Assembly (NCBI GenBank): GCA_041398965.1
Contig: JAWKTT010000008.1
Location: 73,787 to 137,786 of the forward strand
DNA from: Planctomycetaceae bacterium
GTDB lineage: Bacteria > Planctomycetota > Planctomycetia > Planctomycetales > Planctomycetaceae
DNA: 64,000 nucleotides
Reading direction: 5' to 3'
In this document: in pieces, positions 34,622 through 46,318 of the stretch
Layout: every line of letters begins with the position of its first letter
Numbering within the stretch: the first letter of the stretch is position 1
Translations under genes and position numbers: made by a program
Notes under the pieces: generated by a model
The model's input: only the letters and a program-made list of their open reading frames with translations
The model's database searches: none
Told to the model about the DNA's origin: nothing

Positions 34622-37600
34622 ATGCGCATTCGTAACATTATACAGACGGCACCACTGGTTCTTGGTCACTCGTGGTGGTCGGCCCGGAGATGGCTGGCAT
34701 GCGCGAGTTCAGGGAGTGAAGAGTTTCGCCGGCTGAATCTGTCGTCGCTCGAAGACAGAGTGCTGTTTGACGCGATGCCTCTGGTTGTCGCGGTCGCCGA
34801 GGTTGAACCGGCTGTCGAGGTGAACCGTGGTGAGGCTGGGGGCGACGAGGCGATCGGGAGCGGCGAGACGGGAGGGGGGGCCGGGATCACGATTACGGAC
34901 ATTGCCACCGTGTCGTCGGAGTCTGTCTGGGCCGAACTGAGTCAGCTGGGGACGGACAGCGAGGAGACTCGAAGCGACGAAGCAGGAGCGGGGTCGCAGC
35001 TTCAGCGGTTGGAACTGGTCTTTGTGGATGCCGGAGTCGACGACGTCGAGACGTTGTTGGCGGACTTGCGTCGCGACGATGCGGCTCGTCGTCTGGAAGT
35101 GGTGCTGTTGGAGTCGGATGTTGATGGAGTGCTGACGATTACCGACACACTCGCGGCGTTCGAGGGGGTCGATGCGATTCATGTCATCTCGCACGGGAGC
35201 GGTGGCGGGGTGCGGCTGGGGAACACCTGGCTGACAGAGTCATCGTTTAGCAATTATGCGCCGGCGATAGCAGGGTGGGGAGCCTCTTTGACCGAGGGGG
35301 CGGACATTCTGTTTTATGGGTGCGACCTGGCGTCCACGGAGCATGGGCGGACGTTGCTCGAGTCGCTCAGTGTGCTGACGATGGCTGATGTGGCGGCCAG
35401 TCTCGACGACACAGGGCATCAGGACTTGGGAGGGGACTGGGACCTGGAGTTTGTCATTGGTTCGGTGGAGTCACACATTGCGGTGAGTGAAGCGGGGCAA
35501 GAGTCGTGGCAGGGATTGTTGCAGAACGCCGTGTTTCAGCAGGGAGTGAACGGCTACACCGGGACGGTTGACACTTACATTCAGTCGACGAAGCCGGATG
35601 TTTCTGATGCTGCTCATCCCGACATGCACATCATGGGAGTCGAAGATGAAATTGGACTCTTGCGGTTTGATAACTTGTTTGGGGACGGTGTCGGGCAGAT
35701 CCCTTTGGGATCGACGATCAACTCGGTCACGCTGACGATTACGACGAAGACAAACATCTCTAGCGGAACAGCTTCCTTTCATCGGATGTTGACGGCATGG
35801 GATAATAACACCACCTGGAATTCGCTAGTCGGTGGGGTGCAGCGGGATGACGTCGAGGCTTTGAGTGCCGCAGATGTCACATTGGTCGATCCACCAACAC
35901 AAGCCGCGTACGATCTGACCGGGGCTAATCTTACGGCGACGGTTCAGGCATGGGCTGATGGACAGGCAAACTTCGGATGGGCGATTTTTCTCGACTCGAC
36001 AGAACAATTGAAGATACAAGGGAGTGAGTCCCCAGATCAGCCTCGACTCTCCATCGATTACACGGCACCGCCGATTGAGTTGAAGTCGACCGGTGAGCAG
36101 CGAGTCAATGTGACAGTGGCGAATGCTCAAGAGACGAGCATGGTTGAGCGCGGGAGTCGTGATGCGGTGACGATTCTGCCGAACGGAGATTCGGTGTTCG
36201 CCTGGAGTAGCCAGAATCAGGATGGAAGTGGCTGGGGGATATACACACAGCGCTACAACTCGAAGGGACTGGCGATCTCTGCTGAGAGTCGAGTGAATTT
36301 GACGACGGCAAACGACCAGCGTTACGCCTCGATCGCTTCGGACTCGTCTGGGAACTATGTCATCACGTGGACAAGCGAAGCACAGGATGGTGCAGGGAAG
36401 GGGGTGTTTGCCCGGGTGTTCTACGCTGACGGGACAGCATCGACCGAGTTTCGCGTCAACCAGACAACGGCTGGCGATCAATGGAATTCCTCGGCCGCAA
36501 TGGACGACTTAGGGCATATTATTTTCGTCTGGGAGGGGAACGGGACACAGGCGGGACAGACTGATGGAAACGGTGCCTTTGTGCGCCGCTTCAACCTCGA
36601 TACGACAGCGGTCGGTGGAGAGCAGCGGGTCAACGTGGCAACGACATTTGGTCAGAATCAAGTCGCCGTGGCGGCGACTCCGGATGGCCGTTTTGTTGTG
36701 ACGTACGACGATGACATCGGCGTGTCGGCCCGTCGCTATGCGTCCAACGGAACAGCTCGCGACGCGTCGATGATCGTTGTTCAAAATGAGATCACTGCGG
36801 GAGAGGCGGACGTTGCGATTGACGATGCCGGAAATTTTACTGTGGTTTGGAGAACGACAAACCAAGGAGACGGCAGTCTGCGTGCGGTGATGCTGAGTCG
36901 GTATTCCGATAGTGGAACGTTGTTGCAAGGTCCGACGGTGGTGTCGGATGTTTCTGCCAATCTGCAAACGAATCCTTCGATCGCGATGTTGGGGACGGGG
37001 GAATTTATTGTTGTGTGGGAGGGTGCGGGGCCTGGTGACACGGATGGGGTTTTCGTTCGTAAGTTTTCGGCGAATGGGACTCCGCTGACGGCCGAGACTC
37101 GAGTCAATCCAACGGTGTCAGGGTCGCAAAAGATGGCGTCGGTCGCGATGGTCGACCTCAACAACTTTACGGTCGTGTGGACCGGAAATGGGACAGGAGA
37201 CGGCAGCGGCGTCTTTATGAGGCAGTACGGAACACAGGGAATTCCGGGGGCTTCGTTCATCCTGTCGACAACAGACAATGTGACGAACAGCGGTGTTTCT
37301 GGACTGTCGAACTGGACCTCGGGAACGATTCTCCGATTGGGAGACCCCGGTTTGCAACTGGGGGAGAACACAACAGGTGTGCTTCAGCAGTTCGGCAATG
37401 GAGACAACATCCCGGTTGATGGCGCCATCAATATTGACGGCTTTCACTTCGTGACGACGCCGATGACCTTAGCCAACGGGCAGGTGTTGTTGGCGGGGGA
37501 TGTCCTGTATTCCGCCAATGATGATGAACTGTATCCTGGGGTCGACGGGTTGGGAAATCCGGTTCAGATTCCGGTTCGCAACGAGTACATCTTAAGGTTT

Positions 37601-40600
37601 CGTCCGTTAGCGACCGGTGATTACACCGTTGGTGAAGTGGCGGTGGTCTATGCGAACTTGGGGGGGAGTGCTGACCCGTTTTTGAATGGGATGTCAGACA
37701 TCAATGGACTGTCGCTAATTGAGCGGGATACGGTGGTCGCGGGGGTCACCCTGATGGCGGGCGACATGCTGTTCACCCGCAGTGATGATGGGGGGGGCCA
37801 TGCGAAGAACGTATATGTTTACCATGCGCTCACGAATACGGCTTCCAAGTTAATCAACGGTGCAGACCTGGGGATCACGGGTGAGATTGCCGACATCGAT
37901 CTCATTGAGACATCGGTGGAAGTGGGGGGGATGACGCTGGCAAGCGGCACCGTCCTGATCACGCTGACGGCGAACGAAGCGAGCTTAGGGACGACGGGAC
38001 TCTCAGCAACTGGGAACGATGTTGTTGCGGTGCAGTTGTCGCAGTCGAGCATGACGGGTCAGCCGACAATTGCGTTGGCGACGATTGCTGTTGACGGGAG
38101 TGACATCGCGTTTGACAGTTCGGCGGAACGAATCAATGCGCTCTCGCTCGTCTCATTGAACGCGGGGCCCAAGGGGGTGAACGACAGTTACACAGTGACC
38201 GCAGGAGAGGAGTTCGAGTCGTCTGTGGATGCGTGGTTTGATACCGACTGGAGTGCTCGACAGCGCATCTCGTTCGACAACTCGACACGGGCCGAGAATC
38301 TCACAGACTTCCCCGTCCTTGTTGTGTTGGACTCCAGTCGTATTGACTATTCTCGCGTGCATGGGAACGGAGATGATCTGCGGTTCGTCGATCCCGATGG
38401 GACGGTGCTCGCCTATGAAATCGAGAGTTGGGATCCGAATGGTCGGTCATACATCTGGGTGAAGGTGCCGAAAATCGATGCGAATTCGGTCAGCGATTCC
38501 ATCTGGATGTATTACGACAACAATCTCGGTGTTGCAGCGGGGGAGAATCCGGCGGGTGTCTGGTCGAACTCCTATGAAGCGGTGTATCACTTCGATGATT
38601 CGACGACGGCGACCGGAACAGCCATCGATTCGACCGGCCGAGGCATCGATGGAACGAACGTTGGAACAACTCAGGCGAGTGGTGTTGTCGGTAGCGCTCG
38701 AAGTTTTAATGGGGTCAACCAGTATATCGATCTAGGCAACAACCTGGCCCTGGTGGAGGGGGCAAATGCTGTCACGCTTTCAGCATGGGTGCAGACATCG
38801 ACTGCCAATGTTGATCAAAACGTCATCGCAGTTTCCGTAAACAGCGCTGTGCCATCCACATCGTCACGAGCGTCGTTGGTCATTGACGGAACGGAGTTGC
38901 ACGGGATTGGTCGTTCAACCGATACCGAGGCGGAGATTGGGAGCGTATCGACGGGCGCGGGAGTGACAACGTCTGTCTGGAAGCAAGTGTCTGTCGTCAT
39001 CGACTACGCCAACGACTCGATGAAATACTACGTCGACGGCCAATTGGTGAGCAGTCAGGCCACAAGTTTCTCAGCAAATGCAACGTCTTTGACTCCGTCA
39101 ACAACAGCGACGCTTGGGGCACAGGACGACGGTACGTCGCCGACGTTCGGTGGCCTGATGGACGAAGTGCGCATCGCTGTTGCCGCGCGATCAGCAGCAT
39201 GGTTGAGTGCCGAGTTTGCCTCTTCGACAGACACTCTGACCCGGTTCGGAGGTCTCCAACTGGTCGCCGGTGTGCTCGAGAATGATTTCGATCCCGAGGG
39301 ACTGCCACTGACGGCGACGAATCTCAACACGTCTGTCCTGCAGGGAAGCGTGACGCTCAACTCCGATGGTTCTTTTGTTTACGACGATCAGGGACTCTTC
39401 GCCGGACTGACTGCTGGGCAGTCCGCGACGACACAGTTTTCGTACTCGGCTCGTGATTCGGAAGGGGCACTCAGCGACGCGGTTGTGACGCTGCTGATTC
39501 AGGGGACGAACGATGCTCCGGTGCTGGCGAGTGGTGTCGATCTGACGCTGGCATCGGTCCTGGAGACCGATACGAACCCGGCTGGCGATACCGTTTTCAA
39601 TCTGCTGGCGAACGTGGGGGATCCGATCACCGATGTCGACGCCGGAGCGGTCGAGGGGATCGCGGTCTATGAAGTCAACGACATTGGCGGGCAATGGGAG
39701 TATTCGCTCAATGGCACCTCGTGGACCGCCTTCGGGGCCGTCACCGATCAGTCGGCTGTCGTTCTCGACACCGCGGCCACGATTCGCTTTGTACCGAATA
39801 ATTCCCATTCGGCACATGACTCCCAGTTGAGGTTTCGAGCATGGGACCAGACCGATAGCCTCGCCAGTGGGACGACAGGGGTCGATATCCGCGAGCATGG
39901 TGGAATCACCGCCTACAGTGAGAATGCGGGGAAGTTGCTTGTCGACGTGATACGAGTGAATCATGAACCAACAGCCGTCGCCGACAATTACACAATTAAT
40001 GAAGACACAACGCTCAACACGCATCCCGGAGACTGGCTGGATGTGAATTGGCCCGCCCGGCGGCGACTGACATTTGATAACTCGTCCAGGACGGAAACCT
40101 TAGTCGACTTCCCAGTGCTCGTGGAGCTGGATAGTAGCCGGATCGATTATTCGATCATGAAGGGAGATGGGACCGATCTGCGGTTTACAGATGCGAATGG
40201 AAACCTGCTGGCGTATGAGATCGATGTCTGGAATCCGGCGGGTGAGAGCTATGTCTGGGTCAAGGTTCCGACGATTGCAGCCGGAACGGCGGATGCCTCG
40301 ATTTGGATGTACTACGGCAATACTGCTGCGGCCTCCGGTGAGAACGCAACGGGTGTCTGGTCGAACGGGTATGAGGCGGTGTATCACCTCGAAGAGGATC
40401 CGGTTGCCAGCGGAGGAACCTTCGATGAGTCGACGGGTCGGCTGGTCGACGCGACCAACATCAGCAGCGTAAATGCTGCCGGATACATTGGGCAGGGACA
40501 ACAGTTTAATTTGGGCACGGCGATTGATCTGGGAGACAACTTGCCACTCCTGCAAGGGGTCTCGGGAGCGACGATTTCGGCGTGGATCAATCCCGACACG

Positions 40601-43600
40601 GTGAGTGGAAATCAAGTCGTCATTGGGATTGCTGACAACGTCGCCCTTTTTCCCGATTTGTCCAAATTCTCGATTGAAATACTTAATGGTCGTATTCAAG
40701 TCATCGGGATGGACTCGGACGACTCCCTTTTCTCATATGCTCAAGTCGACTCCCCCTCGGCAGTGCTGGTAGCGGGTGAATGGCAGTTGGTCAGCGCGAC
40801 GTTGAACTATGCGGCAGGGGAGATTGATATCTACCTGAATGGTGTCAACGTCGGCCACTTTACTGGCCAGTTTAACCGTCCTACGTCGGATACAGTCGAT
40901 GTTGACCGTGCGGCGATTGGTGCCGAGGATGGGGGAAGTGGTTCGCACTTTGATGGTCTGATCGATGATGTTCAGGTGAGTGGTGTGACTCGGTCGGCAA
41001 GTTGGATTGCTGCTCAGTATGCCAACCAGACGGGACAATTCATTTCCTTCAGTGGCGAACTGAACCAGGCCGGTGTGCTGGACAACGATGTCGATCTGGA
41101 AGGAGATACGCTGGGGGCTTTCCTGAACACAATGCCTTCGCATGCCCTGAGCTTTACGTTTAACGGCAGTGGGTCGTTTACCTACACGCCGGAAGAGAAC
41201 TTCGTCGGGACCGACAGTTTTACCTATTATGTTTATGACGGGGACGAAAACTCGAACGTGGTGACTGTCACGATCACCGTAAATGGCGTGAACGATGTGC
41301 CGACCACTTCGGGGATCACAGATGTTACGGTCAATGAAGACGCGGACAATTCTGTCATCAACCTGTGGGGCAGTTTCGCGGACGTCGAGACGGCGGACAA
41401 TCAGCTGACGTTCAGCATCGTTGGTAATACGAATACGTCGCTGTTCACGAGCGTGACTCCGAACAACACGACCGGCGAACTGACCCTCGACTACGCCCCC
41501 AATCAGTTCGGCACGAGCGACATCACCGTACGGGCGACCGATGCCGGCGGGCTATTCGTCGAGACAACGTTCCGCGTGACCGTCAACAGCGTGAACGACA
41601 CCCCCACGACGTCGGGCATCGCAGATGTCACGGTCGATGAAGACGCGGTGAACACCGTGATCAATCTTTGGGACAGTTTTGCGGACGTCGAGACGGCGGA
41701 CAATCAGCTGACGTTCACCATCGTTGGTAATACAAATACGTCACTGTTCACGAGCGTGACCCGGAACAACACGACCGGCGAACTGACACTCGACTACGCA
41801 CCGAATCAGTTCGGCACAAGCGACATCACTGTACGGGCGACCGACGCGGGGGGGCTCTTTGTGGAGTCAACATTCCGCGTGACGGTGAACAGTGTCAACG
41901 ATGTGCCGACGACTTCGGGCATCGCCGCTGTGACAGTAAACGAAGACACACCGAACACCTCTGTCAATCTTTGGGATGCGTTTGCAGACATCGAAGATAT
42001 CGACAGTCAACTGACATTCACTGTCGTTGGCAACACGAACTCCGGGCTCTTCAGTACCGTGACGCCGAACAATTCAGCCGGGACGTTGACGCTGAACTAT
42101 GCGGCCAACCAATTTGGCACAAGCGATATTACCATCCGGGCGACCGACACCGGCGGCCTGTTCGTGGAGACAACATTCCGGGTCACCGTCAACAGCGTGA
42201 ACGACACCCCCACGACGTCGGGGATTGCGAATGTGACCGTTGATGAAGATGCCACGAATACCTTCATCGGCCTGAGAGACAGTTTTGCGGACATCGAAAC
42301 CCCGGACAGCTTGCTGTCATTCTCGATTGTCGGGAATACCAACCCATCGTTGTTCACCAGTGTGACTCGAAACAACACGACCGGCGAACTGACACTCGAC
42401 TACGCCCCGAACCAGTTCGGCACGAGCGACATCACCATCCGCGCGACCGATGCCGGTGGGCTCTTTGTGGAGTCAACATTCCGCGTGACCGTCAACAGCG
42501 TGAACGACACCCCCACGACGTCGGGGATTGCAGATGTCACGGTCGATGAAGACGCGGTGAACACCGTGATCAATCTTTGGGACAGTTTTGCGGACATCGA
42601 GACGGCGGACAATCAGCTGACGTTCACGATCGTTGGCAATACAAATACGTCACTGTTCACGAGCGTGACCCGGAACAACACGACCGGCGAACTGACAATC
42701 GACTACGCCCCGAACCAGTTCGGCACGAGCGACATCACCGTACGGGCGACCGACGCGGGGGGGCTCTTTGTGGAGTCAACATTCCGCGTCACCGTCAACA
42801 GCGTGAACGACACCCCCACGACGTCGGGGATTGCGAATGTGACCGTTGATGAAGATGCTCCCGCGAGTTCCGTCAACTTGAGGAGTGCGTTTGCGGACTT
42901 GGAAGATAGCGACAGTCAATTGACGTTGACCGTCGTCGGCAACACGAATACGGCACTCTTCAGTTCGGTGACCCCGAGCAACTCGACCGGCACGTTGACA
43001 CTGAACTACGCACCAAACCAGTTCGGCACAAGCGACATCACGATCCGTGCAACCGACACCGGCGGCCTCTTCGTCGAGACGACATTTCAAGTCACCGTCA
43101 ATGCTGTTAATGATGCTCCGACGATCTCCACCATCCCGAGTCAGACCATCACCGAAGATGGCACGACAGGGGCGTTGGCATTTGTTGTCAACGATCTCGA
43201 AACGACCACTGGATCACTTGTGGTCTCGGCAACATCCAGTGACGGCACGCTGATTCCGAATGAGAACCTCATACTGTCCGGAAGTGGAAGTAGCCGTACG
43301 ATCGAAGTCATTCCCGCAGCCAATCTGCACGGCGGACCGGTCACCATTGTCGTCACTGTCAGCGATGGCCAGTTGACCTCACAGACACAGTTTACGGTGA
43401 CAGTGTTACCCGTGAATGACGCTCCGACGCTGGTGGTTAACAATGGCCCGGCTGTCGCCAAGGGGGGGAGTGTCGTCCTGTTGAACACGCAACTGCAAGT
43501 GGCCGACATTGACACGGCGGCGGGCGATTTGCTGTACACCGTGGCAACGAATAGTGGAGGGGGATTCCTCGAACGGACGGCCGCACCGGGGACCGCAATC

Positions 43601-46318
43601 ACGTCGTTCACTCAGGCCGATATTGATGCTGGGAACATTCGGTACGTCCATCTGGGTGGGACCGCGTCCCTCGAATCGCTCGGGTTGTCGCTGAGCGATG
43701 GAACGTCATCGTTATCGATCACCTTCGAATTGACGATCGACAATGTTCGCCCAACAGCCGCTCCGGCAGGCCCCTATTTCGTGACGGAGGGATCGACAAT
43801 CACCCTCGACGCGAGCGACTCCTTCGACACCGACGGCACGATCACCCTGTACGAGTGGGACTTCAATTACAACGGGACAGCCTTCAACGTCGATGCAACC
43901 GGGGCTCATCCTCTGTTCGATGCCACTTTGCTTGATGGCCCGCTCGTTCGCACTGTCGCACTCCGCGTGACGGACGACAACGGAGCCGTCAGTATGGTCG
44001 TGACGACAGTGGTCAACGTTGTCAACGTCGCCCCCACGGCGACAGCCGACAGCGGCACAGGATTCACCACGAATGAAGAGACCCCGCTGACCACTTCCAA
44101 CGTACTACTCAACGACACCGACCCCGGCGCCGCGGACCTGTTGAGCGTCACATCGATCGATCTCACCGGAACGATCGGCACCGTCATCAATCATGGCGAC
44201 GGGACGTTTACCTACGATCCACAAGGAAAGTTTGAATCACTCGCCGTCGGTCAGACCGCAGTAGACCACTTCACCTACACCATCAACGATGGAGATGGCG
44301 GGACATCATCCGCGACAGTCACGATCACCATCGAGGGCAGAAACGATCGACCGCTCGCAAGTGACAGTACGTTCACAGTCTCCGAAGCAGCGACGGTCGG
44401 AACAGCGCTCGGGTCCATTGTCGCGTCCGATGTTGATGCGGGTGACACACTGAGCTTCAGCATCGTTAATGGCAACACGAACAACGCATTCCAGTTGAAC
44501 GCGACGACGGGCCTGTTGACGGTTGCGGATGCTTCACAATTGGACTTCGAGACAACCCCGAACTATACCCTTGTAGTTCAGGTGCTGGATGCAAATGGGC
44601 TGAGTTCTACCGCGACAGTCACTATTTCGGTGACAGATGCCAATGAAAGTCCTCAGGTATCCGACGTCTCGTTCAGCATTCCCGAGAACTCTGCGAACGG
44701 AGCGCTCGTGGGGGTCGTGACAGCGAGCGACGTTGATGCCTTCGAGACCTTCACTTGGACCATCATCAGTGGCAATGATGACGGTGCCTTCGTGCTCGAT
44801 CCAACGAGTGGCGAACTGCGGGTGTTGGACAATTCACTCCTCGACTTCGAGCAACAGTCGCAGTGGGTCTTACAGGTTGAAGTCGCAGATGCCAGCGGGC
44901 TGAAGGCGACCGCGAATGTCACGATCAACCTGACCAATGTCAACGAGACCCCCACAACGACCGGGCTCCCCGATGTCACCGTTGATGAAGATGCCCCGGC
45001 AATCTCCGTTGATCTCGCCGCAGCGTTCATCAACCCCGAGACGGGGAGTGCCTCTGGACTCACCTTTGTGGTGACTGATGTCTCGTCGACCGGCCTGTTT
45101 GAGAGCAAGAGCATCAATCCGACGACCGGCCTCCTGACGCTCACGCTTTCCCCCGACAAGAGCGGCGACTCGACAGTGACCATCCGTGCCACAAATGCCG
45201 GGGGAGCGTTCGTTGAGACATCGTTCCTGGTGACTGTCATTGCCGTCAATGACCAACCGATTGTGCAAAGTCTCAGTCTGACTGTCGATGGCGGCACATC
45301 ACTCAGTTCAACGATTCCCGGCGTCTTGCTTGGGGCAACAGATATCGAAGGGGCCAATCTGACAGCGGTACTGGTCCAAGCTCCGGCGAATGGTAGCCTC
45401 ACTCTGCTTGCGGATGGTTCGTTCGTTTACCGACCCAAAACGGGTTATTCCGGGACAGACAGCTTCAAGTTTGCCGCCAACGATGGGGAAACTCAGAGTT
45501 TACCGGGCGTCGTTCACATCGACGTGTTGAATCCGGCGGTCGGAGTGCTTCCTAAAAACGGGGCAGACAATACGTCGAGCGGAACGACGAATGTTCCGGC
45601 AACGGGAACCGACACCGTCAATGCAGCAAGTTCCGCAGACTCGGCGAGCACAGCCGTCCCGGATAACTTGGGTGGAAAGAGTTCGGGTTCTCAAAGTCGC
45701 TCCGATGACGACGTGGCCCCATTGCCAGTGAAGAACGAGGAAGATGACTTCTTCGATTCCAGCCTGATGAATCGGGACGACGACGATGATCTGCTCGGTC
45801 TACTCACGCGGCGTCAACAGGACGAGATCTTCTCAAGTCGTCCAGCAGGTGGGGTGACGGGGAGTGGTTCTTCCTTTGGAACGTCACTCGGGGGACTCGA
45901 TGCGGGTCAGTTCGTGGGGTCGACTGCAAGTCTTTCGGCTGTCCCTCACTGGATGACCGAATATCGCACGACGCTGCAATTCGTTGGGCAACCGGGCAAA
46001 CTCTGGGACGAACTCGACAATCTGCAATATCAAGCGCAGGAGAAGTTTGGGGTTGAAACAGTCGTTGTCGGCTCGGCTGCGACAGCGGCCGGTTCGGTCA
46101 CTGTGGGGTATGTCCTTTGGACACTTCGCAGCGGCGTGCTGCTGTCGAGTCTGTTGGCCCAAATGCCAGCCTGGCGACTGATGGACCCGCTGACCATTCT
46201 CGAAAATATGAACATGGACGACGACGAGGACGACGAGTCGCTCGCGTCACTGGTGGATCAGGAGGATGCTGATCCCGCCGTTGTTCCCGATCCCCTATCG
46301 GAAAAACGATCATGTTAA
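34622..46318 (+). CDS. giant (~3900 aa) multidomain surface adhesin-like protein: N-terminal LEDRVLFDA motif, DUF4347-like domain, propeller-like repeats, two DUF2341-LamG modules, 8 or more Ig/cadherin-like 101-aa tandem repeats, cadherin repeats, acidic C-terminal region with a hydrophobic segment
   Basis: Single uninterrupted 11.9-kb ORF. Cadherin-like DxNDN/LDFE motifs ([16 protein letters not shown]...). Repeated DUF2341 signature WVKVPxI...SIWMYY. C-terminal stretch [22 protein letters not shown] flanked by Asp/Glu runs. Start chosen at ATG 34622 (MRIRNII); the ORF-track start at 34433 is also possible. Confidence 0.88.
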   Translation: MRIRNIIQTAPLVLGHSWWSARRWLACASSGSEEFRRLNLSSLEDRVLFDAMPLVVAVAEVEPAVEVNRGEAGGDEAIGSGETGGGAGITITDIATVSSESVWAELSQLGTDSEETRSDEAGAGSQLQRLELVFVDAGVDDVETLLADLRRDDAARRLEVVLLESDVDGVLTITDTLAAFEGVDAIHVISHGSGGGVRLGNTWLTESSFSNYAPAIAGWGASLTEGADILFYGCDLASTEHGRTLLESLSVLTMADVAASLDDTGHQDLGGDWDLEFVIGSVESHIAVSEAGQESWQGLLQNAVFQQGVNGYTGTVDTYIQSTKPDVSDAAHPDMHIMGVEDEIGLLRFDNLFGDGVGQIPLGSTINSVTLTITTKTNISSGTASFHRMLTAWDNNTTWNSLVGGVQRDDVEALSAADVTLVDPPTQAAYDLTGANLTATVQAWADGQANFGWAIFLDSTEQLKIQGSESPDQPRLSIDYTAPPIELKSTGEQRVNVTVANAQETSMVERGSRDAVTILPNGDSVFAWSSQNQDGSGWGIYTQRYNSKGLAISAESRVNLTTANDQRYASIASDSSGNYVITWTSEAQDGAGKGVFARVFYADGTASTEFRVNQTTAGDQWNSSAAMDDLGHIIFVWEGNGTQAGQTDGNGAFVRRFNLDTTAVGGEQRVNVATTFGQNQVAVAATPDGRFVVTYDDDIGVSARRYASNGTARDASMIVVQNEITAGEADVAIDDAGNFTVVWRTTNQGDGSLRAVMLSRYSDSGTLLQGPTVVSDVSANLQTNPSIAMLGTGEFIVVWEGAGPGDTDGVFVRKFSANGTPLTAETRVNPTVSGSQKMASVAMVDLNNFTVVWTGNGTGDGSGVFMRQYGTQGIPGASFILSTTDNVTNSGVSGLSNWTSGTILRLGDPGLQLGENTTGVLQQFGNGDNIPVDGAINIDGFHFVTTPMTLANGQVLLAGDVLYSANDDELYPGVDGLGNPVQIPVRNEYILRFRPLATGDYTVGEVAVVYANLGGSADPFLNGMSDINGLSLIERDTVVAGVTLMAGDMLFTRSDDGGGHAKNVYVYHALTNTASKLINGADLGITGEIADIDLIETSVEVGGMTLASGTVLITLTANEASLGTTGLSATGNDVVAVQLSQSSMTGQPTIALATIAVDGSDIAFDSSAERINALSLVSLNAGPKGVNDSYTVTAGEEFESSVDAWFDTDWSARQRISFDNSTRAENLTDFPVLVVLDSSRIDYSRVHGNGDDLRFVDPDGTVLAYEIESWDPNGRSYIWVKVPKIDANSVSDSIWMYYDNNLGVAAGENPAGVWSNSYEAVYHFDDSTTATGTAIDSTGRGIDGTNVGTTQASGVVGSARSFNGVNQYIDLGNNLALVEGANAVTLSAWVQTSTANVDQNVIAVSVNSAVPSTSSRASLVIDGTELHGIGRSTDTEAEIGSVSTGAGVTTSVWKQVSVVIDYANDSMKYYVDGQLVSSQATSFSANATSLTPSTTATLGAQDDGTSPTFGGLMDEVRIAVAARSAAWLSAEFASSTDTLTRFGGLQLVAGVLENDFDPEGLPLTATNLNTSVLQGSVTLNSDGSFVYDDQGLFAGLTAGQSATTQFSYSARDSEGALSDAVVTLLIQGTNDAPVLASGVDLTLASVLETDTNPAGDTVFNLLANVGDPITDVDAGAVEGIAVYEVNDIGGQWEYSLNGTSWTAFGAVTDQSAVVLDTAATIRFVPNNSHSAHDSQLRFRAWDQTDSLASGTTGVDIREHGGITAYSENAGKLLVDVIRVNHEPTAVADNYTINEDTTLNTHPGDWLDVNWPARRRLTFDNSSRTETLVDFPVLVELDSSRIDYSIMKGDGTDLRFTDANGNLLAYEIDVWNPAGESYVWVKVPTIAAGTADASIWMYYGNTAAASGENATGVWSNGYEAVYHLEEDPVASGGTFDESTGRLVDATNISSVNAAGYIGQGQQFNLGTAIDLGDNLPLLQGVSGATISAWINPDTVSGNQVVIGIADNVALFPDLSKFSIEILNGRIQVIGMDSDDSLFSYAQVDSPSAVLVAGEWQLVSATLNYAAGEIDIYLNGVNVGHFTGQFNRPTSDTVDVDRAAIGAEDGGSGSHFDGLIDDVQVSGVTRSASWIAAQYANQTGQFISFSGELNQAGVLDNDVDLEGDTLGAFLNTMPSHALSFTFNGSGSFTYTPEENFVGTDSFTYYVYDGDENSNVVTVTITVNGVNDVPTTSGITDVTVNEDADNSVINLWGSFADVETADNQLTFSIVGNTNTSLFTSVTPNNTTGELTLDYAPNQFGTSDITVRATDAGGLFVETTFRVTVNSVNDTPTTSGIADVTVDEDAVNTVINLWDSFADVETADNQLTFTIVGNTNTSLFTSVTRNNTTGELTLDYAPNQFGTSDITVRATDAGGLFVESTFRVTVNSVNDVPTTSGIAAVTVNEDTPNTSVNLWDAFADIEDIDSQLTFTVVGNTNSGLFSTVTPNNSAGTLTLNYAANQFGTSDITIRATDTGGLFVETTFRVTVNSVNDTPTTSGIANVTVDEDATNTFIGLRDSFADIETPDSLLSFSIVGNTNPSLFTSVTRNNTTGELTLDYAPNQFGTSDITIRATDAGGLFVESTFRVTVNSVNDTPTTSGIADVTVDEDAVNTVINLWDSFADIETADNQLTFTIVGNTNTSLFTSVTRNNTTGELTIDYAPNQFGTSDITVRATDAGGLFVESTFRVTVNSVNDTPTTSGIANVTVDEDAPASSVNLRSAFADLEDSDSQLTLTVVGNTNTALFSSVTPSNSTGTLTLNYAPNQFGTSDITIRATDTGGLFVETTFQVTVNAVNDAPTISTIPSQTITEDGTTGALAFVVNDLETTTGSLVVSATSSDGTLIPNENLILSGSGSSRTIEVIPAANLHGGPVTIVVTVSDGQLTSQTQFTVTVLPVNDAPTLVVNNGPAVAKGGSVVLLNTQLQVADIDTAAGDLLYTVATNSGGGFLERTAAPGTAITSFTQADIDAGNIRYVHLGGTASLESLGLSLSDGTSSLSITFELTIDNVRPTAAPAGPYFVTEGSTITLDASDSFDTDGTITLYEWDFNYNGTAFNVDATGAHPLFDATLLDGPLVRTVALRVTDDNGAVSMVVTTVVNVVNVAPTATADSGTGFTTNEETPLTTSNVLLNDTDPGAADLLSVTSIDLTGTIGTVINHGDGTFTYDPQGKFESLAVGQTAVDHFTYTINDGDGGTSSATVTITIEGRNDRPLASDSTFTVSEAATVGTALGSIVASDVDAGDTLSFSIVNGNTNNAFQLNATTGLLTVADASQLDFETTPNYTLVVQVLDANGLSSTATVTISVTDANESPQVSDVSFSIPENSANGALVGVVTASDVDAFETFTWTIISGNDDGAFVLDPTSGELRVLDNSLLDFEQQSQWVLQVEVADASGLKATANVTINLTNVNETPTTTGLPDVTVDEDAPAISVDLAAAFINPETGSASGLTFVVTDVSSTGLFESKSINPTTGLLTLTLSPDKSGDSTVTIRATNAGGAFVETSFLVTVIAVNDQPIVQSLSLTVDGGTSLSSTIPGVLLGATDIEGANLTAVLVQAPANGSLTLLADGSFVYRPKTGYSGTDSFKFAANDGETQSLPGVVHIDVLNPAVGVLPKNGADNTSSGTTNVPATGTDTVNAASSADSASTAVPDNLGGKSSGSQSRSDDDVAPLPVKNEEDDFFDSSLMNRDDDDDLLGLLTRRQQDEIFSSRPAGGVTGSGSSFGTSLGGLDAGQFVGSTASLSAVPHWMTEYRTTLQFVGQPGKLWDELDNLQYQAQEKFGVETVVVGSAATAAGSVTVGYVLWTLRSGVLLSSLLAQMPAWRLMDPLTILENMNMDDDEDDESLASLVDQEDADPAVVPDPLSEKRSC
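41288..43411 (+). repeat. array of about 7 tandem 303-bp (101-aa) coding repeats inside the giant gene, with near-identical units and mosaic identity tracts
   Basis: Unit starts at 41288, 41591, 41894, 42197, 42500, 42803 and 43106, exactly 303 nt apart. Unit 2 versus unit 5 differs at about 6 of 303 nt. The first 56 nt of units 4 and 6 are identical. Confidence 0.9.

Noticed and set aside
41288-43411. Regularly spaced repeats considered as a possible CRISPR array
   Set aside because: The period is 303 bp, not 60-75 bp. The units are in-frame coding domains of one long ORF, there are no short unique spacers between constant repeats, and no cas genes are nearby.
44653-45402. 249-aa minus-strand ORF (and many smaller ones from 35 to 46 kb)
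   Set aside because: Antisense to the giant adhesin ORF. Thr/Ser/Val-rich translations mirror the repeat codons.
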